Assembly: GCA_018303505.1 (NCBI GenBank)
Contig: JAGVYA010000021.1
Span: forward strand, 1-49,275
DNA length: 49,275 nt
Direction of reading: 5' to 3'
From: Candidatus Woesearchaeota archaeon
GTDB lineage: Archaea > Nanobdellota > Nanobdellia > Woesearchaeales > GW2011-AR4
Part shown: piece after piece, positions 36,980 to 46,800 of the stretch
Position numbering within the stretch: position 1 is the first letter of the stretch
How the letters are laid out: the number at the start of each line of letters is the position of its first letter
Position numbers and translations under genes: made by a program
Notes under the pieces: model-generated
Told to the model about the DNA's origin: nothing
The model's database searches: none
Seen by the model: only the letters and a program-made list of their open reading frames with translations

Positions 36980-37054
36980 ATTTAAATCTGTCGAAATGCT
37001 TTAGGGCATTTCGGAGATTTAAATTCCGAAAATTTCTAATTTTCGTTATTTAAA
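36980..37054. repeat. Double-hairpin element at the pilin promoter
   Basis: atttaaatct..cgaaatgc-N6-gcatttcg.agatttaaat and cgaaaatt-tct-aattttcg, flanked by tatttaaat on both sides. Confidence 0.6.
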
Positions 37055-37080
37055 TATTTCTAAGTTTAGCTTTTTATTCA

Positions 37081-38181
37081 TTAAATAAAAAAACCGAGCA
37101 ATTTGCTTGCTATTCCTTGAGCTATAAAATATAAAGTTAATGAAACAAAAATAAATATGGGTATATATTTCACCCCTGACTTTATGTTGCCCCTTTTAAT
37201 GGTTGAAATCATCATTGCAGAGAAGAGTGAAGTAAGAATTAGGGATACAATTGCAAAAATCCTGAAGTCAGATTCTGTCACCCCGGTTCCGGAGAAGCTT
37301 AGGGAAAGCCCAACCCCTCCTGCCACATTTGACGATGAGCCAAGCGCAGAGCCAAGATTCTTCACAACCTCTATTAGCACCTGGGACAATGCAAACAGGA
37401 ACGGAGCAGCAACAACAGTTGCAAATGTTATGAATATCACATAAGTTGTTACATTTGCCGACATCTCCTTAAGCATGGCTTTTTGCTCCTGTATATTCGT
37501 TGCAATCCTGTTCAGCAAATCCCCTATTTTGCCTCCTGCTTCCACGCCCTCATTGAGCATGCTTATTGACCTTTTTAAAATAACTGAGTCGTATCTTGCT
37601 GCAAACCTCTCCAACGCTGTCTTTAAGTCAGTTCCGCTCATGGTTTCTTTGGCAACCATCTCAACCTCTTTTGCCAGCACGCCAAATCTTGGCCTAATGG
37701 CATACCACAAAGCCCTGTCAATTGTCATGCCTGCGTTTATGTTAGATGCTGTCAGCTGCAAAAAATCCGGCAAGACATCTTCTATGTCAACCTTTCTCCT
37801 GAAAATCTTTAAATCAACAGCTACGTAGAACATAATCCATAAGGCAAATATCAAAATGACAAAAATAAAAACCCAAAGTACAATCATTGATGCAACAACA
37901 GTGCCCCATGTAATGCCATACGTTACAGAGAAATAATAAATAAGATAGATTGATATTGCAAGATTTATCAGAACAGCTATGTTAAAAAAGGTTTTGGACA
38001 GTCTTTGAGGGCTTATATCAACGCCAGCCCTTTCAAGATAGTCTTTTATTCTTTGCTTCCTCTCCTGCTTTACTATGCTTTTTTGCTGGGCTTTCTTAAA
38101 CTTTCTTTTGAAAAACTCAATTCTTCTTTCTGGCTGGACTATGCCAGTCTTTTTTTTAAAAAGATTTTTTATATTGAACAT
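37081..38181 (-). CDS. Type II/IV secretion system F-family (TadC-like) pilus platform protein
   Basis: LPDFLQL.A.NI.AG...D.AL, FG.LA.E, GG....LL; several TM segments. Confidence 0.88.
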   Translation of the reverse strand: MFNIKNLFKKKTGIVQPERRIEFFKRKFKKAQQKSIVKQERKQRIKDYLERAGVDISPQRLSKTFFNIAVLINLAISIYLIYYFSVTYGITWGTVVASMIVLWVFIFVILIFALWIMFYVAVDLKIFRRKVDIEDVLPDFLQLTASNINAGMTIDRALWYAIRPRFGVLAKEVEMVAKETMSGTDLKTALERFAARYDSVILKRSISMLNEGVEAGGKIGDLLNRIATNIQEQKAMLKEMSANVTTYVIFITFATVVAAPFLFALSQVLIEVVKNLGSALGSSSNVAGGVGLSLSFSGTGVTESDFRIFAIVSLILTSLFSAMMISTIKRGNIKSGVKYIPIFIFVSLTLYFIAQGIASKLLGFFI

Positions 38182-38212
38182 GGTATCTGAATATGGGTGT
38201 CTCACAAGCAAA

Positions 38213-39049
38213 TCAAAACTCAATTGCCGGCCTGGAGAACTTCACCATTGCTATGAACATGAACTGCACAAATCCAAGGAAGCCTGCAAGCGCAAGCAGA
38301 ATTGTCAGGCTAAGCTCAAATTGTATGAAGGAAGATAATATAATAAGCATTGTTATTCCCAATGACGGCAGAATCACAGCAACTATCATGTAAAACATTG
38401 CCAATGGGTTCAGTTTTTTCCCGTATTTATTGACCTCAGTCATCTGGTCCTTTGTTACCTGGTCCATGACAGAATAAAGGGATTTTGCCACATCAGAGCC
38501 TGTCCTTATGGAGTTTATTATCTGCCACAGCACTTTTCTGAAATCGTTTGAGGGAATGAACTCAACTGCCTCGTTCAGGGCATCTTCCATGCTCGTACCT
38601 AAATCAACCTTGTCTGTTATTTCCTTGAAGTACCTTCCTATGACTTCATAATTTTTTGATACATTGAGCATTGCATTATACAGAGGAACGCCAGATTCAA
38701 GCTCTATTATAATGAATCTTCCTGCAAAAACAATTTCCTTGCTGATTTCTTTTTCTTTTTTTGATATTTTGACGTCAGGCAGCCTTATCATGTAAAAAAA
38801 CATAACAAAAAATATTATTGGAACAGCAAGAAACAACACGCCCTTGAGAACATTTAATTTAGCAAGCACAAGGAACAATGCAACAACTAATCCAGTTGTC
38901 ATGTAAAATGCAGAAACAAATGTTTTTTTGATAAAATCCTCTGGTTTGTCCTCCATGCCCGCTTGCTTTAACTTTGCCTTAAGCGTTGGAAAGAATTTTG
39001 AAATCCTCTGGAACAATGTGTTTAAATTGCCTGCTTTTATTTTAATCAC
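38213..39049 (-). CDS. Type II/IV secretion system F-family (TadB/TadC-like) platform protein
   Basis: SGVPL..A, F..I...V..G...E.AL, Y.KKLNP.AM.YM. Confidence 0.88.
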   Translation of the reverse strand: MIKIKAGNLNTLFQRISKFFPTLKAKLKQAGMEDKPEDFIKKTFVSAFYMTTGLVVALFLVLAKLNVLKGVLFLAVPIIFFVMFFYMIRLPDVKISKKEKEISKEIVFAGRFIIIELESGVPLYNAMLNVSKNYEVIGRYFKEITDKVDLGTSMEDALNEAVEFIPSNDFRKVLWQIINSIRTGSDVAKSLYSVMDQVTKDQMTEVNKYGKKLNPLAMFYMIVAVILPSLGITMLIILSSFIQFELSLTILLALAGFLGFVQFMFIAMVKFSRPAIEF

Positions 39050-39058
39050 CTCAACTGC

Positions 39059-39175
39059 AGTGGAATGCGAGTGAGCTTCGTTCAGTCGAATGCGAGAGCT
39101 CGTGTGACATGCGAAAGCTCGCTTTCGCTCGCTTAACTCAACGCTCGCTCAGCTACCCGAAACTCGCTCACAACT
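39059..39175 (+). repeat. Nested palindromic elements (copy B)
   Basis: Outer agtggaatgcgagtgagc...aactcgctcacaact enclosing an inner agtcgaatgcgag... copy and a gcgaaagc-tc-gctttcgc hairpin. Confidence 0.75.
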
Positions 39176-39181
39176 CAATCA

Positions 39182-39228
39182 GTTGACACTTTGGGCGACA
39201 TTCCACCTTCGGTGAAGTCCCCGTCAAC
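39182..39228. repeat. Imperfect hairpin with TTC/GAA triloop
   Basis: gttgac...cacc-ttc-ggtg...gtcaac. Confidence 0.55.
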
Positions 39229-39267
39229 ATAATTATTGTTTTTATTAAACTTAACAAATATGATTTT

Positions 39268-40920
39268 TTAATCGTCCAAAAGCTTGTTTTTTCTTACAGA
39301 AGACATCAAATTGTCCGTGTTTGTGTAGTATTCTGCCATGACCCTTCCAACAGTGTCTACTGTGTTAATATTACTCTTTACAAGCCACTTCAACACAGCT
39401 TCTTTTTCATTTAGAGATTTGCTTATCTCGCTTCTGGTAAATCCTGTAAATAATTCTATAGTGCTCATTAACGCTTTTGAGTTTGCAACCTTTTTCAATA
39501 CACCCTTTCTTATGTCCAATTGTATAAGCACATTTGCCTCAGAATCTGGAAGTATTTCAGCAATCTGGAATGTTTTTCTCACACCAGTTCTTCTGTTTCT
39601 GTACTGGACAACTATCATTGATATTGCTGGAAGCATTGTCTTTGGGATTTCAATAGGAGGATTAGTAAGCCTTGTTATTGTTTCTCTGGTGTCATTTGCA
39701 TGCACGGTTGCATAAACAGAATGACCTGTGTGAATTGCCTCGAAAAGCACCTCTGCTTCCCTTTTTCTTCTTATTTCTCCTACAATAATCCTGTCAGGCC
39801 TCATTCTTAATGAGTTGACAAGCAAGTCAAGCATTGAAACTTCACCCTTGCCTTCTGGATTTGGCAGCCTTGTTACCATAGGAATCCAATGCAAAAATTT
39901 TGGCAATTGAATCTCGCGAGTGTCTTCTATGCTTATAATTCTCTGGTTAGGCGGAAAGAAATTTGCAACTACATTAAGCATTGATGTTTTTCCAGTTGCA
40001 GTGCCGCCGGAAATTAAGGTTGACAGCTCGTATTGGACTCCAAGCCATATTAATGCAGCTGCTTCTGTTGAAATTGTGTTGTCTTTTATGAAGTCTGTTA
40101 TAGTCCATGGCTTTGCTGCAAACTTTCTCAATGTGATGGTGTTGCCTTTAACAGAAATAGGCTCAAGAGTTGCATTTACCCTGTCTCCTCCTCTGAGATG
40201 AGCGTCCATTAATGGCTCAAGTATTGTCAGTTGCCTTCCAACCCTTCTTCCAATCATTGCAGCATAATGCCTTATCTGGTCTTCGCTTGCAAGCATTATA
40301 GTTGTCTTCAGCCAGCCAAATTTGACATGGTAAACCCACACAGGCTCCTCAGCGTCGTTAATTGCTATTTCCTCAAGATTTATGTCATCCATTAAAATTT
40401 CAATGCTTCCTAAGCCAAGGCTTCTTTGTACGAGATAAGATTTTAGGAAATTTGCTGTTGTTTCATTGGCATCTGGGAAATGCTTATTAACCAATGTTGT
40501 TATTGCGTCCATAAATCTCTGCTCAATAATTCCAGTGTCTTTTGTTGTGAGAATATCAACCATGCCCAAGCTTACTTGGGATGTTAACTCTTCTCTTATC
40601 TTTTCAAGAATTATTTCTGTGTTCTTGCTTATGCTTGAGATTGAAACTTCGTATATGGGCACAAATTCGCCCTTTTTTTTGTATATATTAATTGTAATTG
40701 GTATATTGTCAGAAACAAAGTTGTATGCTGCAAGAGGCTTTATGCCCTCTTTTTTAAGAGAAGTTAGCTCTATTTTTTCCTCTTTCTTTTTGCTTTCTTT
40801 TATAGCAATCGGAGGCAACCCAGTAACTTTCACTTCTCCCTTTAAACCCTCTTCTTTAAGAGAAGTAATATTCTCTAGCGCATTTTTCTCACGTTTCTTT
40901 AGACTAAATCGTTTCAGCAA
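39268..40920 (-). CDS. Type IV pilus assembly ATPase (VirB11/CpaF/ArlI family)
   Basis: GGTATGKT Walker A, SIEDTRE, LRMRPDRIIVGE, TGH...T.HA. TTG start at 40920 follows GAGGTG. Confidence 0.95.
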   Translation of the reverse strand: MLKRFSLKKREKNALENITSLKEEGLKGEVKVTGLPPIAIKESKKKEEKIELTSLKKEGIKPLAAYNFVSDNIPITINIYKKKGEFVPIYEVSISSISKNTEIILEKIREELTSQVSLGMVDILTTKDTGIIEQRFMDAITTLVNKHFPDANETTANFLKSYLVQRSLGLGSIEILMDDINLEEIAINDAEEPVWVYHVKFGWLKTTIMLASEDQIRHYAAMIGRRVGRQLTILEPLMDAHLRGGDRVNATLEPISVKGNTITLRKFAAKPWTITDFIKDNTISTEAAALIWLGVQYELSTLISGGTATGKTSMLNVVANFFPPNQRIISIEDTREIQLPKFLHWIPMVTRLPNPEGKGEVSMLDLLVNSLRMRPDRIIVGEIRRKREAEVLFEAIHTGHSVYATVHANDTRETITRLTNPPIEIPKTMLPAISMIVVQYRNRRTGVRKTFQIAEILPDSEANVLIQLDIRKGVLKKVANSKALMSTIELFTGFTRSEISKSLNEKEAVLKWLVKSNINTVDTVGRVMAEYYTNTDNLMSSVRKNKLLDD

Positions 40921-40965
40921 AATATACACCTCTTTTTTAATCAAACAATGCGAATATTAAATTTT

Positions 40966-42111
40966 TTATCTTCTCATAAATGAGCCTAATTCTTTGAGTT
41001 CCGCTTCGAACTGGGTTTTCTTTTTGTTTACCTCATTAAACTTTTTTTCTAAATCAATCATTTGCTTGCCTACATCCCCGCTTTTGGCAGTTAATTGGAA
41101 TGACTTGGCTTTTTTTATTAACTCTATCAGGCTTTTTTCCAAATCATCACGGTCTTTATTTACCCTGTCAACTAAGTTTACAACAGCTAATTTTTTATCA
41201 AAAAACTCCTTGACTTTTTTTGTTACATCCTTTACACCTGCAACGCTTTTCTGCTTTTGCGCTATTTTTTTCATAATCTTGTCTTGGATTTCAAGCACTT
41301 TCCTTTCCTGCTCCTGGCTTTTCTCTATCAAAGGCTCAATAATGGATTTTTCCTCCTCAACTCGCTGCTTTATATCATCTATAAGCAAGATCAGCTTTTC
41401 TATGTGCAATTCTGAATTTTTTATCGCTGCGTCCTCCTCCAAAACCTTTTTTTCTATCAAGCCTATCATTGCTTTTAGCTCTGTTAGCCTTTTATTCAGG
41501 ATTTTCTCGCTTTCCTCTATGGATTGGGCTTCTGCCTTTTCTCTGCTTAATTCCTCCCTTTCCTTTGTTATGCCCACAGCTATTTCCTGGTATTTTTTTT
41601 GCTCTCTTGAAACCTGCTGTGTTAACTCTCCTATCTTAAGCTTTGCTTCATTTTTTTGCTCTTCCACTTGCTTCTGCAGATCTTCTTTTAATTGCTGGTA
41701 TCTCTCAAGCTCTTTTAAGTCCTCTCTTACAGTATCAAGCTCCATTCCAAGCTCGCTTTTCAATCTGTCAAATTCACTTTTTACTTTTTTTAAGTCCTCT
41801 GCCTGTTTTTCAAGAAAATTTAAGCTTACTTCAGCCTTTCTGACAAAGACATCCCTTTTGCTTGTAAATTCCTTTGCCTTTGCCTCTACTTCTTTCTTAG
41901 TTAATTTTCTTTCAACAAGATAAGGCTTTGTTAATTTGTACTCTACACTTATTATGCCCTCTTCTTCGAGAAAATCAACCCATTCCTGGATTACAGTCAT
42001 GCTTACACCCAGCTCTTTTGCAGCGTCTTGCAATGCAATTCTTCCCCTTTCCTTGACAAGACTGACTAATTTGTCTACTCCTGTCTCTATTACACTGCTT
42101 TCTATTTCCAT
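40966..42111 (-). CDS. N-terminal winged-helix-like domain plus long coiled coil
   Basis: ETGVDKLV.LV...G.I....AAKELGV.....EW...LEEEG.I, followed by about 300 aa of heptad-rich E/K sequence. Confidence 0.75.
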   Translation of the reverse strand: MEIESSVIETGVDKLVSLVKERGRIALQDAAKELGVSMTVIQEWVDFLEEEGIISVEYKLTKPYLVERKLTKKEVEAKAKEFTSKRDVFVRKAEVSLNFLEKQAEDLKKVKSEFDRLKSELGMELDTVREDLKELERYQQLKEDLQKQVEEQKNEAKLKIGELTQQVSREQKKYQEIAVGITKEREELSREKAEAQSIEESEKILNKRLTELKAMIGLIEKKVLEEDAAIKNSELHIEKLILLIDDIKQRVEEEKSIIEPLIEKSQEQERKVLEIQDKIMKKIAQKQKSVAGVKDVTKKVKEFFDKKLAVVNLVDRVNKDRDDLEKSLIELIKKAKSFQLTAKSGDVGKQMIDLEKKFNEVNKKKTQFEAELKELGSFMRR

Positions 42112-42155
42112 CTTTACAGAATTTCTTTAATTATATGTTTAAAAATGTTATGATT

Positions 42156-43085
42156 TTATATTGTTATATTCTCCACCTGATAAAATTTCAAATGTCCTTG
42201 GTCAATTTTAAACCATTCTGGCGTATTATTAATCCTAAAATTAGTTGTGGATTTTGTTCCAAAATAAATATAATCAACTACGCTTCTGTCTTTAAGAGTT
42301 AAGCCTTGTTGCTGAAATTCATCCAGATTAACTAAACTTTCAATTCCATAAGTTGAGTTGCCAAGATTGCCTTCAAATCTCATAAGAAAGCTCGGGCTGT
42401 CATTATGAGCAATATACCATGAATTATTTGCATGGATTAGAAGATTATCAACTTTTCCACTAATAACAAATTGAGTAATGTTGGATTTTACAATTGTATT
42501 AGTTACCCTTCCTTTGCTGTTGATGATATAAAGAGGATCTTCAAAACCAATAATACTTATGCTTTGTGTCAAATATCTATCTCTTATCCAATAGCTTGTA
42601 TTTCTTTTATCTCTGATATCCAAACTTAGATTCAAGCCAACAGTAACACTCCAAGGATCTGTGTGGTTTATTTTAACTTCATTCACTGTAAAATTAAATT
42701 TTATATCAACTTTATTAGCTTCAGTAGAAATTTTATTCGCCCAGTCTGTAAAAGTAGAGTCTTTCATTAAGCCAAGAGGCTGCTGCTTTATCGTTCCGTT
42801 TAGAAAAGACTCCTTAAATCTTTCATTTATATTATCGATAAATGTACCATTGTTGGCAATAAACTGGTTAAAGCTTAATAAAGTTCTAAATCCAGCAATA
42901 TAAGCGCCATTATTTATATCTCTTTCAACATCTTTAAGGAAGAAATTTACAGTTTCAATTCTTGTCTGTATAACATCCATCTTGTCGCTCAGCCTATATG
43001 TGCTGTAAGCGCTGTAAGTCACGATTATGACTATTGTCAAGGCAATTGCAGCTGTTGTGTAAAAAATACCTCTTTTTTTTGTCAT
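42156..43085 (-). CDS. Pilin-like accessory protein with class III signal peptide
   Basis: KKRG/IFYT followed by a hydrophobic helix; EDPLY motif. Confidence 0.7.
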   Translation of the reverse strand: MTKKRGIFYTTAAIALTIVIIVTYSAYSTYRLSDKMDVIQTRIETVNFFLKDVERDINNGAYIAGFRTLLSFNQFIANNGTFIDNINERFKESFLNGTIKQQPLGLMKDSTFTDWANKISTEANKVDIKFNFTVNEVKINHTDPWSVTVGLNLSLDIRDKRNTSYWIRDRYLTQSISIIGFEDPLYIINSKGRVTNTIVKSNITQFVISGKVDNLLIHANNSWYIAHNDSPSFLMRFEGNLGNSTYGIESLVNLDEFQQQGLTLKDRSVVDYIYFGTKSTTNFRINNTPEWFKIDQGHLKFYQVENITI

Positions 43086-43240
43086 GATAAAATTTATTCT
43101 TAACTCAAAACATCGTAATACTATATTTTTGTACCATCTGATACATAAATATATCGATTATTTTAATTAGTGTTATTTCATTAATTACCTTTTGACAGAA
43201 ATTTATTAGAAAATATTCACTAAATTTTAGAATTATTTAT

Positions 43241-43558
43241 CTAACTGCTACTAATTTTCAATTTTATTGATTCTGGTTCTAGCTCGAACTCTATTCTTTT
43301 ACCTTTTGTAATTCTGTATATTTGTTCTATTGATTTTGGTATTCTCAATATTTTGCTCTTGCCTAAAACACCCACCTTCGAAGCGACTTTTTTTGCAGTT
43401 TTAAGTTTGTTATACTTTAATATAGGCTGTATATCTGCCTCATCATAGACTATATCCTTACATTTAGGGCACTGCCAAGCATTTACTTTAAAGCCTTGGA
43501 AATTATCCATTATCCTATTCATATCCATATTGCATTTCCAACACTTCAAGCTTTTCAT
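43241..43558 (-). CDS. Putative antitoxin: Zn-ribbon (YgiT/MqsA-like) plus AbrB/SpoVT domain
   Basis: CWKC...CPKC, then KVG.LG.S..LRIPK.I......KG..IE. Confidence 0.7.
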   Translation of the reverse strand: MKSLKCWKCNMDMNRIMDNFQGFKVNAWQCPKCKDIVYDEADIQPILKYNKLKTAKKVASKVGVLGKSKILRIPKSIEQIYRITKGKRIEFELEPESIKLKISSS

Positions 43559-43563
43559 ACTGC

Positions 43564-43827
43564 TCACCTTTTCTTATAACTAAATACCCCAAAATGAATC
43601 ACAAGCCAGTAATTACCACAGTCTACAATTACTGCTTTATGAATTTTGTTACCTTTCTTTACACAATTCTCTATAATATTTGGTTTTCTTTTTGAACTTC
43701 CACATGGGTAACCTTCTTCTAATATTTCCAAAACATCATAAAGATCTTTTTTAAATTGCCAAAGTTCGTTAGAGGCTGCTTTGGTAGCTTTTATTTCCTT
43801 ATTTTGATATTTTGGAAATATATTCAT
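43564..43827 (-). CDS. Putative toxin (RelE/DUF4258-like small basic protein)
   Basis: 87 aa, immediately upstream of the Zn-ribbon/AbrB gene, with its own TATA (tttaaata about 43859-43866). Confidence 0.55.
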   Translation of the reverse strand: MNIFPKYQNKEIKATKAASNELWQFKKDLYDVLEILEEGYPCGSSKRKPNIIENCVKKGNKIHKAVIVDCGNYWLVIHFGVFSYKKR

Positions 43828-43871
43828 GAATATCTCTAATATTAAAAAAGAGATATTATATTTAAACCTTT

Positions 43872-46800
43872 CTACTCCCACACCCTTATCTCTATTATAG
43901 CAGGCCCCCACAAGGAAGGAACTTTTGAGATTGTTAGTGTGTTCACATTAAGATTGCTCTCGTCGATATTGACATTAAGTTTGCCGTTCTTGTCTATATC
44001 CAAATTGCTGAAAAGCTGGAAAACTGCATTGTCCAGCGCATCATTTGCATCATAAGTTTTGGATGCGCTTGTATAACTGCATGTATCTGCTCCGCTATAA
44101 GTTGAAGGAACTTTTATTGTAGAAAATGTTCCATCCTCAAAGCTTACTGTCCAAGAACAGCCATCTGATTTAGCAACAACACTGCTGTAATCAGCAAATC
44201 CGCTTAGCAATAAAGTATATATTGCTCTGTCATCGCTTGAGCCATTTGTTGGTGCTGTTGAGTTAACGCCTGTGCTTATTGTAATGCTGTTGCTTCCTTC
44301 ATTTATATTGCCTACTGGAATATTTACTGCAAATGGATCGCCTAAAATCTGATAGTCACTTCCGTAGTCGCTTAATCTATAGACTGTATTTCCATTAACA
44401 ACTAACTTGTCTGTCCACTTGCTTCCAGAATAAGATGTTACTTTTGCATCTGAAACTGATGTATTTGCATAAATTGTCAAAGTTCCAGTTGAAATATTGT
44501 TACCAAACCTGTCAGTTTCAAAGCTAAGCGGTACTTTATTGAATTGAATATCTGGTGCTGAGTAGTTAAATTCTATATAAGAATCAGGATAAAGCCTTGT
44601 TTTTTGTATGTTTCCGCTGGTTATATTTATGTACTGAGCTTCAAAAGTAATATTCACAACCGATTGTGCTATTTGCGTGTATATACTCAGCAGTTCATCC
44701 TCATTGTTGCTAGTGTAGAAGTGTGAGCAATCATCACAGCATGCAGTTTGGTTTAATGTGTTGATGGCAGTTGCGCCTACATTACCAAATGCAATTGCAT
44801 AGATCTTAATTCCATACAAATCATTAGCTTCGCAAGCCTTTGCAATTGTCTCTGCTCTTGCTCCTGCAGAATCACATCCTGAACAATCTCCTATTTTTGT
44901 ATTTGCCTCGCCATCACTCATCACAACCATTGATTTAGACTTGGCATAACTATAGCCGTCATCGCTCCAAACAACGCTTAAATTTACATTTCTGAAGCGC
45001 CATTCATCATTGTCTCCACTGGTTCTTTTACAGCCAGAAGTTGTTCCTGAAGTAAAATTTATTTCGTTCATTCCATTTTTCATCCACGCTGTTGGCACAT
45101 CAATTAGCACTTTTTGCCAAACATTTGTATTGTTCCATTCCTGATAATCAACTCTGCCAATGTAATTGCCGTTTACGTAAACACAATCAAAATAATTTGG
45201 GCTGACATCAATTGCTTCAAACTCTAGGCTTACAGCTTTCGTTTTAGATTTGTCTACATTAATGTTCAGATTAACTGTGGCAATTTGCTGGAACGGCGAA
45301 TCACCAATTTGCACTTCGCTAGAGGCTGTGTTAAACTCAATGCCAGGCGCAGAGCTTTGAGTTTGCCATACACTTATTTTTACATCCTTAAAGTCCCAAT
45401 TATCATTAGTCCCCGATGTCGCAAAGCAACCGTTAGTAGTTCCTGCTGTTATCGTTACATTTGCAACATTACCAACAAACCATTTTGGCTTTAAAGGGTA
45501 AGAACATGTATGCCATCCAGGATCGCCTAATGGTTCGCACATTCTGCCTAGATAGATTCCATTAAAATATATGCATTGTTGGTAATTATTTTCAGTCTCT
45601 ACCGATTTTCCTAGCACCGTCAAACGTGATTTGATCAATTTATTTGGGTTAATAGTAACGTTAAATTTTTCAGTCACTGAATAAAGAGAAGTTGCATCGC
45701 CTATGCTGAATCTGGTCTCATTAATTGCTGAAGTCTCATTGAAGCCATGCAATTTTTCTTCCTCAGTCAAAAGCTCTGTCGCGCTTGCAATGCCGCAAGA
45801 AATACAAGTGTAGTCGCAAAATTCATTTGAGTAATTGCTGACACGATACTTAAGTGATGCGTTGTCAATGCTGAAGTCATGAAAATCACATACTGGATCA
45901 GTTTCTGAGCCATAACCAACTAAGGCTACTTGGTTGCCTTGCGTTGCCAGAATTGTGTCAATGAATTTTTTATTCGATTTAATGGCTACATTGTCTCTTC
46001 TATCATGGCAGCCTCCAGTTGGGTTTGAATCGCAAATTCCTGCTGTGCAATTGACATTTACATCGCAAGCATTCATGCTGCCTGTTCTGTCTGTAATCAA
46101 AGCTGCATCAGAATTTGAGCCTCCTAAAATATAGCTTACATTCCTCAATCCCATTCTAATTGGAATGGTTTTTTTGCCGAGAAGATTGTAGTTTAGCATG
46201 CCTGAAATATTTGAATTATTTAACAGAATTGTTTGCTCGCCTAAAGAGGAATTTGATTCAAAAACAGTTGTATTGCCTATTGTCAGGTAAATTTGATATT
46301 GGCTTAGGAAATGAAGCGATATATTCATATTGCTTGGCTCATTAGGGGCGTAAATCGATGAATACAAATTAATAACACCCTCAATGCCAGGGAACAAATA
46401 TTTTTCATACCCATGAGTTTGTGTGTCATTGTAAGAAGAAGTTGTGTAAGTTGCTCTTAAAAACCCTCCGGCAATATAGTTATTTTCTGATGCAAAGTTT
46501 ATTGTTATATTATTTTCTCCTGGCTTAAAATTAACCAAATAAGCATTGCTAATATTCCATTTGTCAGCAAGCATATTGCCTCCTCCAGAAGAGCCCTTGA
46601 CATAACTTCCTGAAAAAAAGCCGTTGATGTAAAGATCAAAATTACCGCCTGAATCCACTTCAAGATAAGAGCTGTTGAAAGAAATTACATCATTAGGCAG
46701 CACTAATTTTTTTGTTAAATTGCCATCTCCTTCATAACCCCCAAAATAAACATAGGCATTTGTCTTCTTGCTTTTAATTCCATTCAGCAGAACTCTTGCT

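Noticed and set aside
40994-41923. 309-aa antisense ORF (and similar shadows such as 32608..33381, 34888..35595, 21294..21722)
   Set aside because: Ser/Phe-rich mirror translations of real genes on the opposite strand.
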